From positions 11,079 through 75,078 of the forward strand of contig JAGVBU010000012.1 in NCBI GenBank assembly GCA_020059585.1: a DNA stretch of 64,000 nucleotides. Reading direction: 5' to 3'. This stretch comes from Minisyncoccota bacterium (GTDB lineage Bacteria; Patescibacteriota; Minisyncoccia; UBA6257; GWB1-50-10). Both the position numbers and the translations under genes were made by a program. The notes under the pieces are model-generated. The model did no database searches. It was not told the origin of the DNA and saw only the letters and a program-made list of their open reading frames with translations. Shown here in pieces: positions 25,688 through 36,008 of the stretch (its first letter is position 1; the number at the start of each line of letters is the position of its first letter).

Positions 25688-27826
25688 ATGTTGGAACTCT
25701 CCACTCCTCTCTCTTCTATCAGCGGTGTGGGACCGCGCTTTCTTCAGAAATTCAAAAAACTTAGCATCGAAACGGTGCGTGATCTTCTCTGGCACCTCCC
25801 CGCGCGTTATGAGGATTTTTCCGCAATCACGAACATCGCCGACCTTGCGCCGCGCGAAGAATGTACCGTGCGCGGGATTGTAAAAAAACTTGAGATGCGC
25901 CGCGCGTGGCGAAAACGAATGTTTATCCTTGAAGGTGTTGTCGAAGATGAGACGGGCGCGGTACGCGTCGTCTGGTTTAATCAGACATACATACGAAATG
26001 TGCTCGGCGAGGGCACGCCCGTGAATCTCTCCGGCAAGGTAAGCGTGTCAAAAGACGGCGAATTGTATTTTTCGAATCCAACCTACGAAGTGCCATCAAA
26101 ATACGGCAAAGAAACGAAACATACGGGGCGCGTGATTCCTATCTACCCTGAAACAAAAGGACTCACCTCGAAAGGTATCCGCTACATCATCCAGCCGATT
26201 CTCGAACGGATCGGAAATATCGAGGAGACGCTTCCAAACGAAATCGCAAAGCGGTTTGGATTCCCCCCGCTCTCCGAATCGATTCACACGGTACACTTCC
26301 CTGATTCAATCGAGGCGGGAATTGCGGCGCGGAAGCGGTTTGCCTTCGAAGATCTTTTCCTTCTCCAGCTCTTCCTTCTCAAGGAGAGAATGCGCGTCAA
26401 AAAAGAGCGCGCGCATGCGGTTCCTACAGATATTGATGGGATAAAAAAATTTCTCGGAACACTCCCCTTCGAGCTCACTCAGTCACAGAAAAAATCCCTC
26501 TGGGAAATCCTGAAAGACATGGAAGCGCCCGCGCCGATGAACCGCCTTCTTCAGGGAGACGTGGGATCTGGAAAAACAATCATTGCCGCGGCAGCGGCGC
26601 GTGAAGCGGCGCGCGCGGGATTTCAAACCGCGTTCATGGCGCCCACCGAAATTCTTGCCCACCAGCACTATGAGACGATGCGGAAAATATTCGCGCGTGA
26701 AAACATAGGCATCGCGCTTTTAACAGGAAGTGATGCGCGCGCGTCATACGGCGACGGACTTGAAACAACGATGAAAAAATCCGACCTTACGCGCGAAGTC
26801 GCGAAAGGCGCGCTCTCTGTCGTCATCGGCACGCACGCCCTCATCGCGGAATCAAAAACAAAAAAGTCGGTCCCCTTCGCGCTCCTCGGTCTTGTGGTGG
26901 TGGATGAACAGCATCGCTTCGGCGTGCGCCAGCGCGCGAAGATCATCGAACCAGATGAGCACGGCTATGCGCCGCACTTTCTCTCGATGTCCGCGACGCC
27001 CATTCCCCGCACTCTTTCTCTTACGCTCTGGGGCGATCTCGATATCTCGCTCATCAGCGAACTCCCAAAAAACAGGAAACCCATTATCACAAAAGTGGTG
27101 CCACCTGAAGATCGCATGAACGCATACGCATTCATACGGAGCGAAATAAAAAAAGGAAGGCAGGCGTTTGTAGTCTGCCCGCGCATTGAACCGGCGACAA
27201 ACAGCGAACACCTTACCACGAAAGAATACGAGATGCTCCAAATAAAGTCGGTAACGGAAGAATATGAGAAGCTTTCAAAAACAATCTTTCCCGATCTCGC
27301 GGTCGCGATGATCCACGGAAAACTCAAGGCGGCGGAAAAAGAAAAAACGATGCGCGAGTTCTCAGCAAACAAAACGAATATTCTTATTTCAACCGCGGTT
27401 ATCGAGGTGGGTGTCGATGTGCCGAACGCGACAATTATGATGATCGAGGGCGCGGACCGATTCGGTCTCGCCCAGCTCTACCAGTTCAAGGGACGCGTGG
27501 GCCGCGGAGAGCACCAGTCATACTGCATGCTCTTTTCAGATTCCTCATCGGATACCACAAGGAAACGTCTTCTCTCTATTGTTGAGGCGAAAAACGGATT
27601 CGAGCTTGCCGAACGCGACCTTGCGCTCCGCGGTCCCGGTCAGTTCGTGGGAAACGAACAGACAGGAATGCCGGACCTCGCAATGAACGCGCTTCGCCAT
27701 CCGGAAGCGACAAAAGATGCCCGCGACGCGGCGGCGGACATTCTTTCAAAGGACCCTTCTCTCAAGAAATATCCCGCGCTCAAAACCCGCCTCGCCGACC
27801 TCACTCGCAAGGTGCACGGGGAATAA
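25688..27826 (+). CDS. recG: ATP-dependent DNA helicase RecG
   Basis: N-terminal wedge/OB region; helicase motifs GDVGSGKT, DEQHRFGV, SATPIPRT, and QLYQFKGRVGRG. Confidence 0.9.
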   Translation: MLELSTPLSSISGVGPRFLQKFKKLSIETVRDLLWHLPARYEDFSAITNIADLAPREECTVRGIVKKLEMRRAWRKRMFILEGVVEDETGAVRVVWFNQTYIRNVLGEGTPVNLSGKVSVSKDGELYFSNPTYEVPSKYGKETKHTGRVIPIYPETKGLTSKGIRYIIQPILERIGNIEETLPNEIAKRFGFPPLSESIHTVHFPDSIEAGIAARKRFAFEDLFLLQLFLLKERMRVKKERAHAVPTDIDGIKKFLGTLPFELTQSQKKSLWEILKDMEAPAPMNRLLQGDVGSGKTIIAAAAAREAARAGFQTAFMAPTEILAHQHYETMRKIFARENIGIALLTGSDARASYGDGLETTMKKSDLTREVAKGALSVVIGTHALIAESKTKKSVPFALLGLVVVDEQHRFGVRQRAKIIEPDEHGYAPHFLSMSATPIPRTLSLTLWGDLDISLISELPKNRKPIITKVVPPEDRMNAYAFIRSEIKKGRQAFVVCPRIEPATNSEHLTTKEYEMLQIKSVTEEYEKLSKTIFPDLAVAMIHGKLKAAEKEKTMREFSANKTNILISTAVIEVGVDVPNATIMMIEGADRFGLAQLYQFKGRVGRGEHQSYCMLFSDSSSDTTRKRLLSIVEAKNGFELAERDLALRGPGQFVGNEQTGMPDLAMNALRHPEATKDARDAAADILSKDPSLKKYPALKTRLADLTRKVHGE

Positions 27827-27839
27827 TTAAGATTTTTTG

Positions 27840-27990
27840 TCGGGCTGCCGGGAATCGCCTACAAATCTCTCCTCGTCGCCACTCGTCGAGTCCGCAGGCC
27901 GCCGCTCGCCATGCATCGTACTCGATGCATATGGCTCCGCGCTTCGATTCTCGACAAAACGCACGCAGGTGCGTTTCTGCAACCCCTTAC
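27840..27990 (-). repeat. tRNA-Pro(TGG) 3'-end fragment (18 nt) fused to the ~130-nt conserved structured element (family A, copy 2)
   Basis: 27841-27857 repeats the tRNA 3' end at 28031-28047. 27858-27985 is ~93% identical to 19922-20045. A terminator hairpin ccccgtcagtc-cata-gactggcgggg follows at 27996-28021. Confidence 0.7.
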
Positions 27991-28029
27991 GAAAACCCCG
28001 TCAGTCCATAGACTGGCGGGGTTTCTTTG

Positions 28030-28100
28030 TCGGGCTGCCGGGAATCGAACCCGGTCTACCTGCTCCCAAAGCAGGCGTACTACCGGTATACTACAGCCCG
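28030..28100 (-). tRNA. tRNA-Pro (anticodon TGG)
   Basis: Reverse complement is CGGGCTG-TA-GTA-TACCGGTAG-TAC-G-CCTGC-TTTGGGA-GCAGG-TAGA-CCGGG-TTCGATT-CCCGG-CAGCCCG-A. Confidence 0.8.
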
Positions 28101-28188
28101 ATATATATCTTCAGTCTCTAGTGTATTGTGATTTTTCAGGAAAAGAAAGTATAAAAAACGGCCGAGGGGGCCGTTTCTAGATTTTTTA

Positions 28189-28920
28189 TTATGTATGCGC
28201 TTCAGCTTTCTTCTCAAGCGCCTCGAGAATGTTCATTGCAACCGTTTCTATCATCACATCCTCTTTGAGTGCCGTCGTGTCAAAAAGTCTAAGCTGGGTA
28301 TATTCAGGCGAAAGGTCTGTATACGCCTTCTTATATCTTCCTACCAGCTTCTCTATTGATTGCGGATTTGTCGTTTCTCCGAGTTTGTCCGTCAACGCAA
28401 CGCGCAGTTCCCGCTCCATCGCAACTTTCGGATCGCAGATCATAAAATATGCCGCATCGATATTCTGCATCCAGAATTTTGAAAGAAAGAATGTCTGGAT
28501 AATCCGTTCTTCCTCTTCGGAAAGCTTCCCCTTGTCCCTCCAGTACATCATCCATGCGTATGTATCAAACATACACCGATCGAAAATCACCACATCATAT
28601 AAATTTCCGTGACTCAAATCGATAAGCATCTGGAGCGCGTAGAGCCCCGTCCGAATATTATAGAGTGGAGTGGTACGTTCAATGTGCCGTATCACCTCGG
28701 CGCCTTCTTGGGGGCGGAGCACGCGAAAATCATAGCGTCTCAGAAACTTATCGAGCTCGGTAATCGTCGTCGTCTTTCCCGCGGAAGGAGAACCCGTGAT
28801 TTCAACAAAAAACGGACGCGGAAGATATCCGTTGTACCGCTTAGGAACCTTCAGATACGAGCGTATCTTCCTGATTTTTTCTTCAAACACTTCCTGATGC
28901 GGACGTCCTTTGCCGTCCAT
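28189..28920 (-). CDS. P-loop NTPase, deoxynucleoside-kinase-like
   Basis: Walker A ITGSPSAGKTTT; dNK-like DRC..D motif region. Confidence 0.45.
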   Translation of the reverse strand: MDGKGRPHQEVFEEKIRKIRSYLKVPKRYNGYLPRPFFVEITGSPSAGKTTTITELDKFLRRYDFRVLRPQEGAEVIRHIERTTPLYNIRTGLYALQMLIDLSHGNLYDVVIFDRCMFDTYAWMMYWRDKGKLSEEEERIIQTFFLSKFWMQNIDAAYFMICDPKVAMERELRVALTDKLGETTNPQSIEKLVGRYKKAYTDLSPEYTQLRLFDTTALKEDVMIETVAMNILEALEKKAEAHT

Positions 28921-28982
28921 ATAACCTCCTCATTATTTTTTAAATTCTGGGCTCATGATACTATGGAGAAAACCAAACCTCA

Positions 28983-29558
28983 ATGGGACACGCCATCATT
29001 ATAGGATTCGATCTCGACGGAACGCTTATCGATCACAGCGGCGTAAAAATCTCGTTCGCGGAGACATATAATGTCCGTCTCTTACCGCACGAAACACCTT
29101 CCGATATTATAAAAAAACACATCTCCGAAGAGCTTCTCCGAAAGATGCAATACTATATATACGACGATGTTTTGGGAGGAACTACGCAGACAATTATGGA
29201 GGGAGCGATTGAAACTCTTTCGCACCTCCAAAAGGAGAATATCCCTTTTTTCTTCGTCTCGCGCCGAAGAACGGACGCATCACGAAACAATGCCCTCAGA
29301 ATACTCGCGGAACGCGGCATCCTTGGAACACTCATAGATAAAGACCGCATATTCTTCGCGCCTACAATAAAAGAAAAGGCCGCGATTGCGCGCGCGCAAA
29401 GAATCACCCATTTTATTGATGATGAGGAGGATGCGCTCCGCGCCATGGATCCGGAGATGCGTCGAATCTTCTTCGATCAATTTGACGTATTCGGAAATGA
29501 ATTCCCCTTCCCTCGAGTCACGAGAAGAATTGACGGGCTTTTCGGTTATCTTTCATAA
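28983..29558 (+). CDS. HAD-superfamily hydrolase (possible 5'(3')-deoxyribonucleotidase-like)
   Basis: N-terminal IIGFDLDGTLID (DxDGT motif I). Confidence 0.55.
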   Translation: MGHAIIIGFDLDGTLIDHSGVKISFAETYNVRLLPHETPSDIIKKHISEELLRKMQYYIYDDVLGGTTQTIMEGAIETLSHLQKENIPFFFVSRRRTDASRNNALRILAERGILGTLIDKDRIFFAPTIKEKAAIARAQRITHFIDDEEDALRAMDPEMRRIFFDQFDVFGNEFPFPRVTRRIDGLFGYLS

Positions 29559-30028
29559 AACTCGTAAACAGCGCGAGGAAGTCCGTGTCTCGCAAGAAAT
29601 CTATTCGTAAATCCACGCACGCCAGTGACTTCCACGCAATCCCCCGCCCATGCTGGCGGGAGAAATGCCCGCGCGTCTTTTACGCTTTTGAATTCACGTT
29701 CGAAAGTAATGAGTGGCGCAAGCGCGCCTTTATACACATCAACTTCAATAGTATGCGCTCCCTCTGATGGTATAAAATATCGGGTTTTCATCACTACGCC
29801 ACGCGTCTTTCCTTTTTTAAGAACATCAAACACCCATTGGGGAATTTTTTCCTCCCACTCGTGCCGCACAAGCCCCTTTCCCTTCTTTACTGTAATAAAA
29901 TACTCCGCTCCCATCTTCCGAATGCGGAACAAATCGAAATATATCTGCTCAACTGAGAGTTTTTTTACCGCGCGTTTTCGTACCGTCGCGGAAAAAGACT
30001 TCAGCATAAATTTTCTTTCTATTTCCAT
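29546..30028 (-). CDS. CYTH-domain protein (triphosphate tunnel metalloenzyme-like)
   Basis: N-terminal EIERKFML (the ExExK signature of CYTH). Confidence 0.55.
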   Translation of the reverse strand: MEIERKFMLKSFSATVRKRAVKKLSVEQIYFDLFRIRKMGAEYFITVKKGKGLVRHEWEEKIPQWVFDVLKKGKTRGVVMKTRYFIPSEGAHTIEVDVYKGALAPLITFEREFKSVKDARAFLPPAWAGDCVEVTGVRGFTNRFLARHGLPRAVYEFYER

Positions 30029-30034
30029 AAATCT

Positions 30035-31150
30035 TCAGAATACGGGAATTCTCCTTGTTGAGGGGTGAAGATGGACAAGAAGTTCATAAGGAATCGTTTC
30101 GCATGCGCGTGAAGCGGAGAGTATTGAATTTGGATCATCCTCATGATGAGAAAACACAACCACCTCGTCGCCGGGATGCGCATCCGGAACCGCACTCACG
30201 TCGACAACGCTTAGATTCATACTTATTTTTCCCACAAACGGACATTGCCTTCGGCGAAGCGATGCGCTTCCTTTTCCCGAAAGACGAAGATCAATTCCAT
30301 CATTGTATCCCACGGGAAGTACGCCAATTTTCATATCCCGCTCAGCAACAAACGAGAAGTCATATCCTATGCGCTCCCCCTTCTTCACGGATTTCACCTG
30401 CACGAGAGTGGTCGAAAAGCGAAGCACGGGAGATACCACCCCACGTTTCTCCGCCACTCCATAGAGGGCCAATCCCGCGCGCCCAAGATTTCCCAAGGTG
30501 TTTTTATAGCGCGGCGATACAAGAAGCGCTGATGATGCCGCGATATGAGTCCACGCCGGCTCAATTCCCCATGCGTTTAAAATCTCTTTTGCCGAGGAAA
30601 AACGTTCTATCTGCCTGCGGGTGAATGGATGATCGGGATCGCCGCCGTATGCGAGATGGGACATTAGTCCCTCAATACGGGCGCGCGGCATATCTCTCAA
30701 AAAATCCTCAAGATGTTCAACGGGAATACCCTCCCGATGCATTCCCGTGTCGACAAAAATATGAATGCCCGCGTGGGGCTGATGACGCGCAATTGCACGG
30801 AGGGTTCCAATGTCATACACCGCGTACGAAAAAGGAAGTTTCTTCACGCGAAGATTTTCCGGATTCACATAGCCCATGATAAGAATTGGAGTCCGTATCT
30901 TTTCCTTCATAAGCTCGTATCCTTCATACAAACTATCCACACAGAAGAAAGGAGGGCGATACGAATCAAGCATCGCTCCTATTTCACGGATACCGTGCCC
31001 ATATGCGTTGCTCTTCAGGACTGGAGCAATGGGAATAGACGCAATCTTCGCGATCGTCTGATAATTCCTAAGAAGCGCGGGGCGGGAAAGTTCTATCTTG
31101 TTTAATGATTCGTATTGCGTTCTGAATATTTTGCGGAAAAGGCGCAGCAT
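30035..31150 (-). CDS. alr: Alanine racemase
   Basis: PLP-lysine motif PVLKSNAYGHG. Confidence 0.85.
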   Translation of the reverse strand: MLRLFRKIFRTQYESLNKIELSRPALLRNYQTIAKIASIPIAPVLKSNAYGHGIREIGAMLDSYRPPFFCVDSLYEGYELMKEKIRTPILIMGYVNPENLRVKKLPFSYAVYDIGTLRAIARHQPHAGIHIFVDTGMHREGIPVEHLEDFLRDMPRARIEGLMSHLAYGGDPDHPFTRRQIERFSSAKEILNAWGIEPAWTHIAASSALLVSPRYKNTLGNLGRAGLALYGVAEKRGVVSPVLRFSTTLVQVKSVKKGERIGYDFSFVAERDMKIGVLPVGYNDGIDLRLSGKGSASLRRRQCPFVGKISMNLSVVDVSAVPDAHPGDEVVVFSHHEDDPNSILSASRACETIPYELLVHLHPSTRRIPVF

Positions 31151-31213
31151 TGTCTCTTTTCTTTATTCTATCAATAAAAGGGTGTGAAAAAAAACAAACC
31201 CCCGAGAGGGGGT

Positions 31214-31873
31214 TCAAAGCTCCTTTTCAAATTCCTCCATCTTCATATTAAATTGTCCGTTTAATTCGTTGATAAGGCGTGTTTTCTCGTTTACCGCAAG
31301 AAGACTTTGGTTCACCGCCGCCTTATTCGCCTCAGTATCAGAAACCACAAGCGCTGCTACTGAATCGAGAAACAACTGAAGATTCTGGGTGTATGAGATA
31401 AATTCACTCACAAGAGAAAGTTCTGTCGCGACCGCTTCATACGCGATACGACGCCCTTCAACCGATTGTATTTCCGCGAGGGACTCGGCAATTTTCTGTA
31501 ACTCTTGGGAAAGCGCAAACGCTTTTCCATATGCTTCTTTATTTGTCTCTCTCGCGCGCGCGATAAGTTCAAGCGCTTGATTCTTCTCCTTCGAAAAATC
31601 AAGAGTGTTCACCGCGTGAATTGCATCATTTGTTTCGGACGTGAGTCGCACAATCTCACCGCTTATCATCGCCGCGGCGCCGCGCGCGGTGATAAACCGC
31701 TCCGGAAGCGTCACAGAGGGAGAAATAAGAAGAGGTACCACAAAAAAGACGACCGCGAATACAAAGAGGGCCGACCCCGAGATTAAAAACGTCAATTTAT
31801 TTCCGTTTCCCGTACGCATATGAAATATCTGAATAACGCGATACATCATACCATGCGCCGATATCCATTCCAA
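31214..31873 (-). CDS. Hypothetical membrane-anchored coiled-coil protein
   Basis: One N-terminal TM helix followed by a helical region. Confidence 0.35.
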   Translation of the reverse strand: MEWISAHGMMYRVIQIFHMRTGNGNKLTFLISGSALFVFAVVFFVVPLLISPSVTLPERFITARGAAAMISGEIVRLTSETNDAIHAVNTLDFSKEKNQALELIARARETNKEAYGKAFALSQELQKIAESLAEIQSVEGRRIAYEAVATELSLVSEFISYTQNLQLFLDSVAALVVSDTEANKAAVNQSLLAVNEKTRLINELNGQFNMKMEEFEKEL

Positions 31874-31946
31874 GAGTGTCGCGGCAGTCTATCCTTGCAT
31901 ATCCTCGGTAAAATATGAGATGATAAACACTGTTCCTGCGTCATTC

Positions 31947-32017
31947 GCGGGATTCGTATAGTGGTAGTACGTCACCCTTCCAAGGTGAAGGCACGGGTTC
32001 GATTCCCGTATTCCGCT
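31947..32017 (+). tRNA. tRNA-Gly (anticodon TCC)
   Basis: GCGGGAT-TC-GTAT-AGTGGTAG-TAC-G-TCACC-CTTCCAA-GGTGA-AGGC-ACGGG-TTCGATT-CCCGT-ATTCCGC-T. Confidence 0.8.
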
Positions 32018-32076
32018 CAAAAACTGTAACGTTACAGTACGTGCGAAACAAAAATACGACTCCATCGTTATAGATT

Positions 32077-32622
32077 ATGAAAGAGGAGGATACGCTCGTT
32101 CAAAAAGCACAGCAAGGAAATAAGGAGGCATTCGGAACGCTCTATGATCGCTACGTGCTTAAGATATACCGTTTTGTGTATCTTAAAGTTTCGGACAAGT
32201 CCGAAGCTGAAGATATCACCCAACAGGTATTCATACGCGCATGGGAAAACATAGGATCGTTTACGTTTCAGGGATTCCCTTTTTCGAGTTGGCTTTATCG
32301 CATCGCATCGAATGCCGTCATAGATTCCTATCGGACAAAAAAAAGCACGGTCTCGATCGAACTCGTATCCGAATCGGAGATCTCGTACATTGCCCGCGGT
32401 GAAGAGGTGCTTGATATAAAACGCGAAATATTCCAAGTGATGAACGCGCTTAAGGAATTGAAGCCAGACGAACAATCAATACTCGTCATGCGTTTCGTCG
32501 ACGAGCTTTCGAATAAGGAGGTGGCACACGCGCTAGGAAAGACAGAGGGTTCGGTACGAGTCATACAACATAGAGCATTGAAGCAATTAAAGAAAAAATT
32601 AGATATTAATTACAATGAATGA
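32077..32622 (+). CDS. ECF-type RNA polymerase sigma-70 family factor
   Basis: Region 2 (YRFVYLKV...AEDITQQVFIRAWE) and region 4 HTH (LSNKEVAHALGKTEGSVRV). Confidence 0.8.
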   Translation: MKEEDTLVQKAQQGNKEAFGTLYDRYVLKIYRFVYLKVSDKSEAEDITQQVFIRAWENIGSFTFQGFPFSSWLYRIASNAVIDSYRTKKSTVSIELVSESEISYIARGEEVLDIKREIFQVMNALKELKPDEQSILVMRFVDELSNKEVAHALGKTEGSVRVIQHRALKQLKKKLDINYNE

Positions 32623-33085
32623 GTTGTTAATAAAAAAATTAAAATCATTGGAATCAATACGTCCAGACGCGGCGTTTGTCAGCCGCACTCGGAATATTGT
32701 TCTTGAAAGAACGCAGCCCACGCGAGTGGCATTTTTCCGCGTACAGTGGGTGCATCGCGGAATATTCTCCTTTGCGGGAGCCGCAGTCGCGATCCTCATC
32801 GGATTCCTTATATTTGAGCCATTTGGAAGCAGTGTTACCGCGACTTCCCTTGAAAATACGCAGCTCTCCAACGAATGGAGTTCTCTTTCTATAAATATAC
32901 AGCTCAAGGAAGTGTCTTATAACAATAATGCGGAACGAATTATCGCCTCAGCGATCAATGAAATACAAGACACAAACACACGACACCTTAATGCGTCGCT
33001 CATTCAGGAGGAACGGGAAATGCTCGGTACGCAGGAGGTAAAAAACAACGCTATAGACGATATGCTCAATCAAGTGCTTAATTAA
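32615..33085 (+). CDS. Putative anti-sigma factor (single-pass membrane protein), translationally coupled to the sigma factor
   Basis: Overlaps the sigma gene stop; one TM helix. Confidence 0.4.
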   Translation: MNELLIKKLKSLESIRPDAAFVSRTRNIVLERTQPTRVAFFRVQWVHRGIFSFAGAAVAILIGFLIFEPFGSSVTATSLENTQLSNEWSSLSINIQLKEVSYNNNAERIIASAINEIQDTNTRHLNASLIQEEREMLGTQEVKNNAIDDMLNQVLN

Positions 33086-33096
33086 CTTTAAATTAT

Positions 33097-34011
33097 ATGA
33101 AAAAAATATTCCCTCTACTTATCGTCATCGTTATCGCTTCGTTTGCAATAACTGAACATGTTTCCGCGCAATCCTCCGCCGCCCAAAAAGCGCTTGAAGG
33201 TGTGAAAGAAAGCGTGGGCACGCTTGTAAACGCAAAGGACGAAAACAATCCGAACGAAATCGCGTTTCGCACAGAAACATTCAAAAAAGTGATCGATTTT
33301 TCAATCGTTGAATTGAAAGATTTAAGAGTGAAATTTCTTACGGCAGTTGGAGCACAGAACGCAAGTTCAACAATCGGCATCTGGCGCGACCACATACTCT
33401 CAAGAATGACTGAGGCATCTGAATTTTATGAACAAGAAAAGAAAAATGCCGCGGGCGCGAATGAAGGCGTAAATATAGAGAAAATAAAAACAGACGCGGA
33501 GAATTTTAAAAAATGGAGGGAAGACAATTTTTCGCCTCTTGCAGAGGAAGTTAATGATTTTCTTCTTGTAGAGCAGCAAAAGAACTCTCTCGATACCGCT
33601 GAAAAGCGCTGGGAAAAGATACAAAACGATATTATGAAACTGAAGAAAGTGTATTCCGCGAAAAAGATGCAGGAACTTGAAAAACTCCTAAACGATGCGC
33701 AAAAAATGAATATCGCCGCTCGGGACGTATACGAGAGAGCTCAAGATCTCTTTTACGAAACGTATATCGCGCCCTTCGAAACGAAAGTGACTACGACCAC
33801 TGTCCAATTTCTTGCAGAAGAAGAGATGACACTCCACGCGTCGAGTACTGAATCAAATTCCAAGATGAGTGCCGATGAAAACGCATCGAGCACTGCCCAG
33901 ACCCCCCCACCGTCAATAAGAGGTTTGATAAAGGACTCTCTCACAAACGTGAAGAGGACCTATCAGATCTTTATTGAAATGAGCGGCTTAGTGAGGAAGT
34001 TGCTCATGTAA
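33097..34011 (+). CDS. Hypothetical secreted protein
   Basis: Cleavable signal peptide; helical/coiled-coil-rich. Confidence 0.4.
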   Translation: MKKIFPLLIVIVIASFAITEHVSAQSSAAQKALEGVKESVGTLVNAKDENNPNEIAFRTETFKKVIDFSIVELKDLRVKFLTAVGAQNASSTIGIWRDHILSRMTEASEFYEQEKKNAAGANEGVNIEKIKTDAENFKKWREDNFSPLAEEVNDFLLVEQQKNSLDTAEKRWEKIQNDIMKLKKVYSAKKMQELEKLLNDAQKMNIAARDVYERAQDLFYETYIAPFETKVTTTTVQFLAEEEMTLHASSTESNSKMSADENASSTAQTPPPSIRGLIKDSLTNVKRTYQIFIEMSGLVRKLLM

Positions 34012-34102
34012 GCAATAAAAAATCCCCCGCCAAGATTTGAAAGTTTTGGCGGGGGATTTTTTATTGCTCTTTATTTAATTGCACCATCGAAACTCCTATT
34101 CC

Positions 34103-34378
34103 TTATAAGACCGCTTCTTTAAGAAGCTTTCCTGCGCGAAACTTCGGCTTCGTTGACGCGGCAATCTGTATCTTCTCTCCCGTTTTCGGATTCACTCCCA
34201 TGCGCGCCGCTCTTTTCGCAACGCGGAAGGTTCCAAATCCCGTGATTCCAACCTCTTCTCCACGACCCAACGTCTTTACAATGGTGTCGAATACTGCATC
34301 AACCGCCTGCGTCGCCTGCTTTTTCGTCTCAATGCTTGCGGCCTTCATTACTTCTTCGACGATTCCGTCTTTTTTCAT
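34103..34378 (-). CDS. hup: DNA-binding protein HU
   Basis: GFGTFRVAKRAARMGVNPKTGEKIQI HU arm motif. Confidence 0.9.
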   Translation of the reverse strand: MKKDGIVEEVMKAASIETKKQATQAVDAVFDTIVKTLGRGEEVGITGFGTFRVAKRAARMGVNPKTGEKIQIAASTKPKFRAGKLLKEAVL

Positions 34379-34484
34379 AAAAAATTAAAAAATACTGCTT
34401 CCGTCCGACCTTTTAAGAATTATGCTGAAAGTATAGCAAAAAAGGCTTTATATTTCCATACTTTTCCCTACATCTCAAAAAATC

Positions 34485-36008
34485 CTACCGAGCATATTCC
34501 ACCGCCTTCACCTCTCGAACCACGGTTACCTTTATCTCTCCAGGGTATTGAACCTCGGATTGTATCTTCGCGGCAATCTGTTTCGCGAGCTGTAAAGCAC
34601 CAAAATCATCTATTTTTTCGGGAGTGACGAACACACGCACTTCCCGTCCCGCGGAAACCGCGTATGCCTGAGTAACTCCGGGAAACGTATGCACCACGCG
34701 CTCGATATCCTCAAGCCGCCGGACATATTTTTCCAACGTATCTCTGCGCGCACCCGGACGGGCCGCTGAAATCGCATCCGCAGCTGCAACCACATACGAT
34801 TCAGGGGACGAAAAAGGATACTCTTCGTGGTGAGCTTCCATCGCGCGGATAATTTCCTCACTGATTCCATATTTTTTGAGAAGCTTTCTTCCTATTTCTA
34901 CGTGAGTCCCTTCCACCTCGTGATCAATCGCTTTCCCTATATCATGGAGAAGCGCGGCTTTTTTTGTCACATCAACCTTAAGCCCAAGCTCCGAAGCAAT
35001 CATTCCCGCGATGTGCGTCATCTCCACCGAATGCTGTAATACGTTCTGTCCGTAGCTTGTGCGGTAGTTGAGTCGTCCAATAAGGTGCACAATCTCCTTC
35101 GGAAGATCGATAATGCCCGCCTCGAATGCGGCATCCTCCCCTACTTTGCGTATATAATCATCAAGCTCCATACGCGCTTCCTCAACCTTCTCTTCTATTT
35201 TCGCAGGCTGAATCCTTCCGTCTTTCAGAAGTTTCTCCAGTGTAATGCGCGCAAGCTCGCGGCGCATCGGATCAAATGACGAAAGAAGGATGCTCTCCGG
35301 CGCTTCATCCACGACAACCTCAACGCCCGTGAGACGCTCGAATGCGCGGATGTTTCTCCCTTCGCGTCCGATTATCTTTCCTTTTATATCCTCATTCGGA
35401 AGCGTCACTACGCTCGTGGTGATATCATTAATGGAATTTCTCGCGTATCTCTGAATTGCTGAAGTAATAATCTCAACACTTCTGTCCTCTATTTCCTTCA
35501 TTTTTTCCCGTTCCATCTTTGCGATTTTATCAGCGAGTTCTCCTCGCGATGCATTTTCTACCTCTTCAAAAATCTTCACACGCGCATCAGCTCGGGAAAG
35601 TTCCGCGACGCGCTCGAGTTCTAATCCTATCTTTTCTTTCTCCGACTGAAGATCCAATTCAAGCGCCTTCATACGCTCGAGTTCCTCCTTCTTTTGTGAA
35701 GAAAGACGCTCTACTTCCCCCTGCTGCTTCTCAAGAAAGGTTTCCTTCTTTAAAAGATGCTCTTCAAGACGGCGGAGATCCTGTTTCCGTTCTCGTTCTT
35801 CCTTTTGCGCGTCCGCAACTATCTGAGCGGCATTGTCCTTCGCCGCTAAAAGTATCTCCTTAGCCTCCGATTTTGCCGACTCTATTTCTTCCTGCGCTTT
35901 TGCCTCGAGCCGATCTCCATTCCGAAGAACTGCCCATCGTCTTACGAAGTAGCCCAAAACAGCTCCGGCCACAAGAAAAGCGGCCGCCAATAATATGGTT
36001 GAATTCAT
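34485..36008 (-). CDS. rny: Ribonuclease Y
   Basis: N-terminal TM, coiled-coil, KH domain and HD domain (LLHDIGKA). Confidence 0.9.
   Translation of the reverse strand: MNSTILLAAAFLVAGAVLGYFVRRWAVLRNGDRLEAKAQEEIESAKSEAKEILLAAKDNAAQIVADAQKEERERKQDLRRLEEHLLKKETFLEKQQGEVERLSSQKKEELERMKALELDLQSEKEKIGLELERVAELSRADARVKIFEEVENASRGELADKIAKMEREKMKEIEDRSVEIITSAIQRYARNSINDITTSVVTLPNEDIKGKIIGREGRNIRAFERLTGVEVVVDEAPESILLSSFDPMRRELARITLEKLLKDGRIQPAKIEEKVEEARMELDDYIRKVGEDAAFEAGIIDLPKEIVHLIGRLNYRTSYGQNVLQHSVEMTHIAGMIASELGLKVDVTKKAALLHDIGKAIDHEVEGTHVEIGRKLLKKYGISEEIIRAMEAHHEEYPFSSPESYVVAAADAISAARPGARRDTLEKYVRRLEDIERVVHTFPGVTQAYAVSAGREVRVFVTPEKIDDFGALQLAKQIAAKIQSEVQYPGEIKVTVVREVKAVEYAR

Noticed and set aside
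34610-35454. Multiple 60-90-aa ORFs on both strands within rny
   Set aside because: They are overlapped by the full-length RNase Y CDS with KH and HD motifs.
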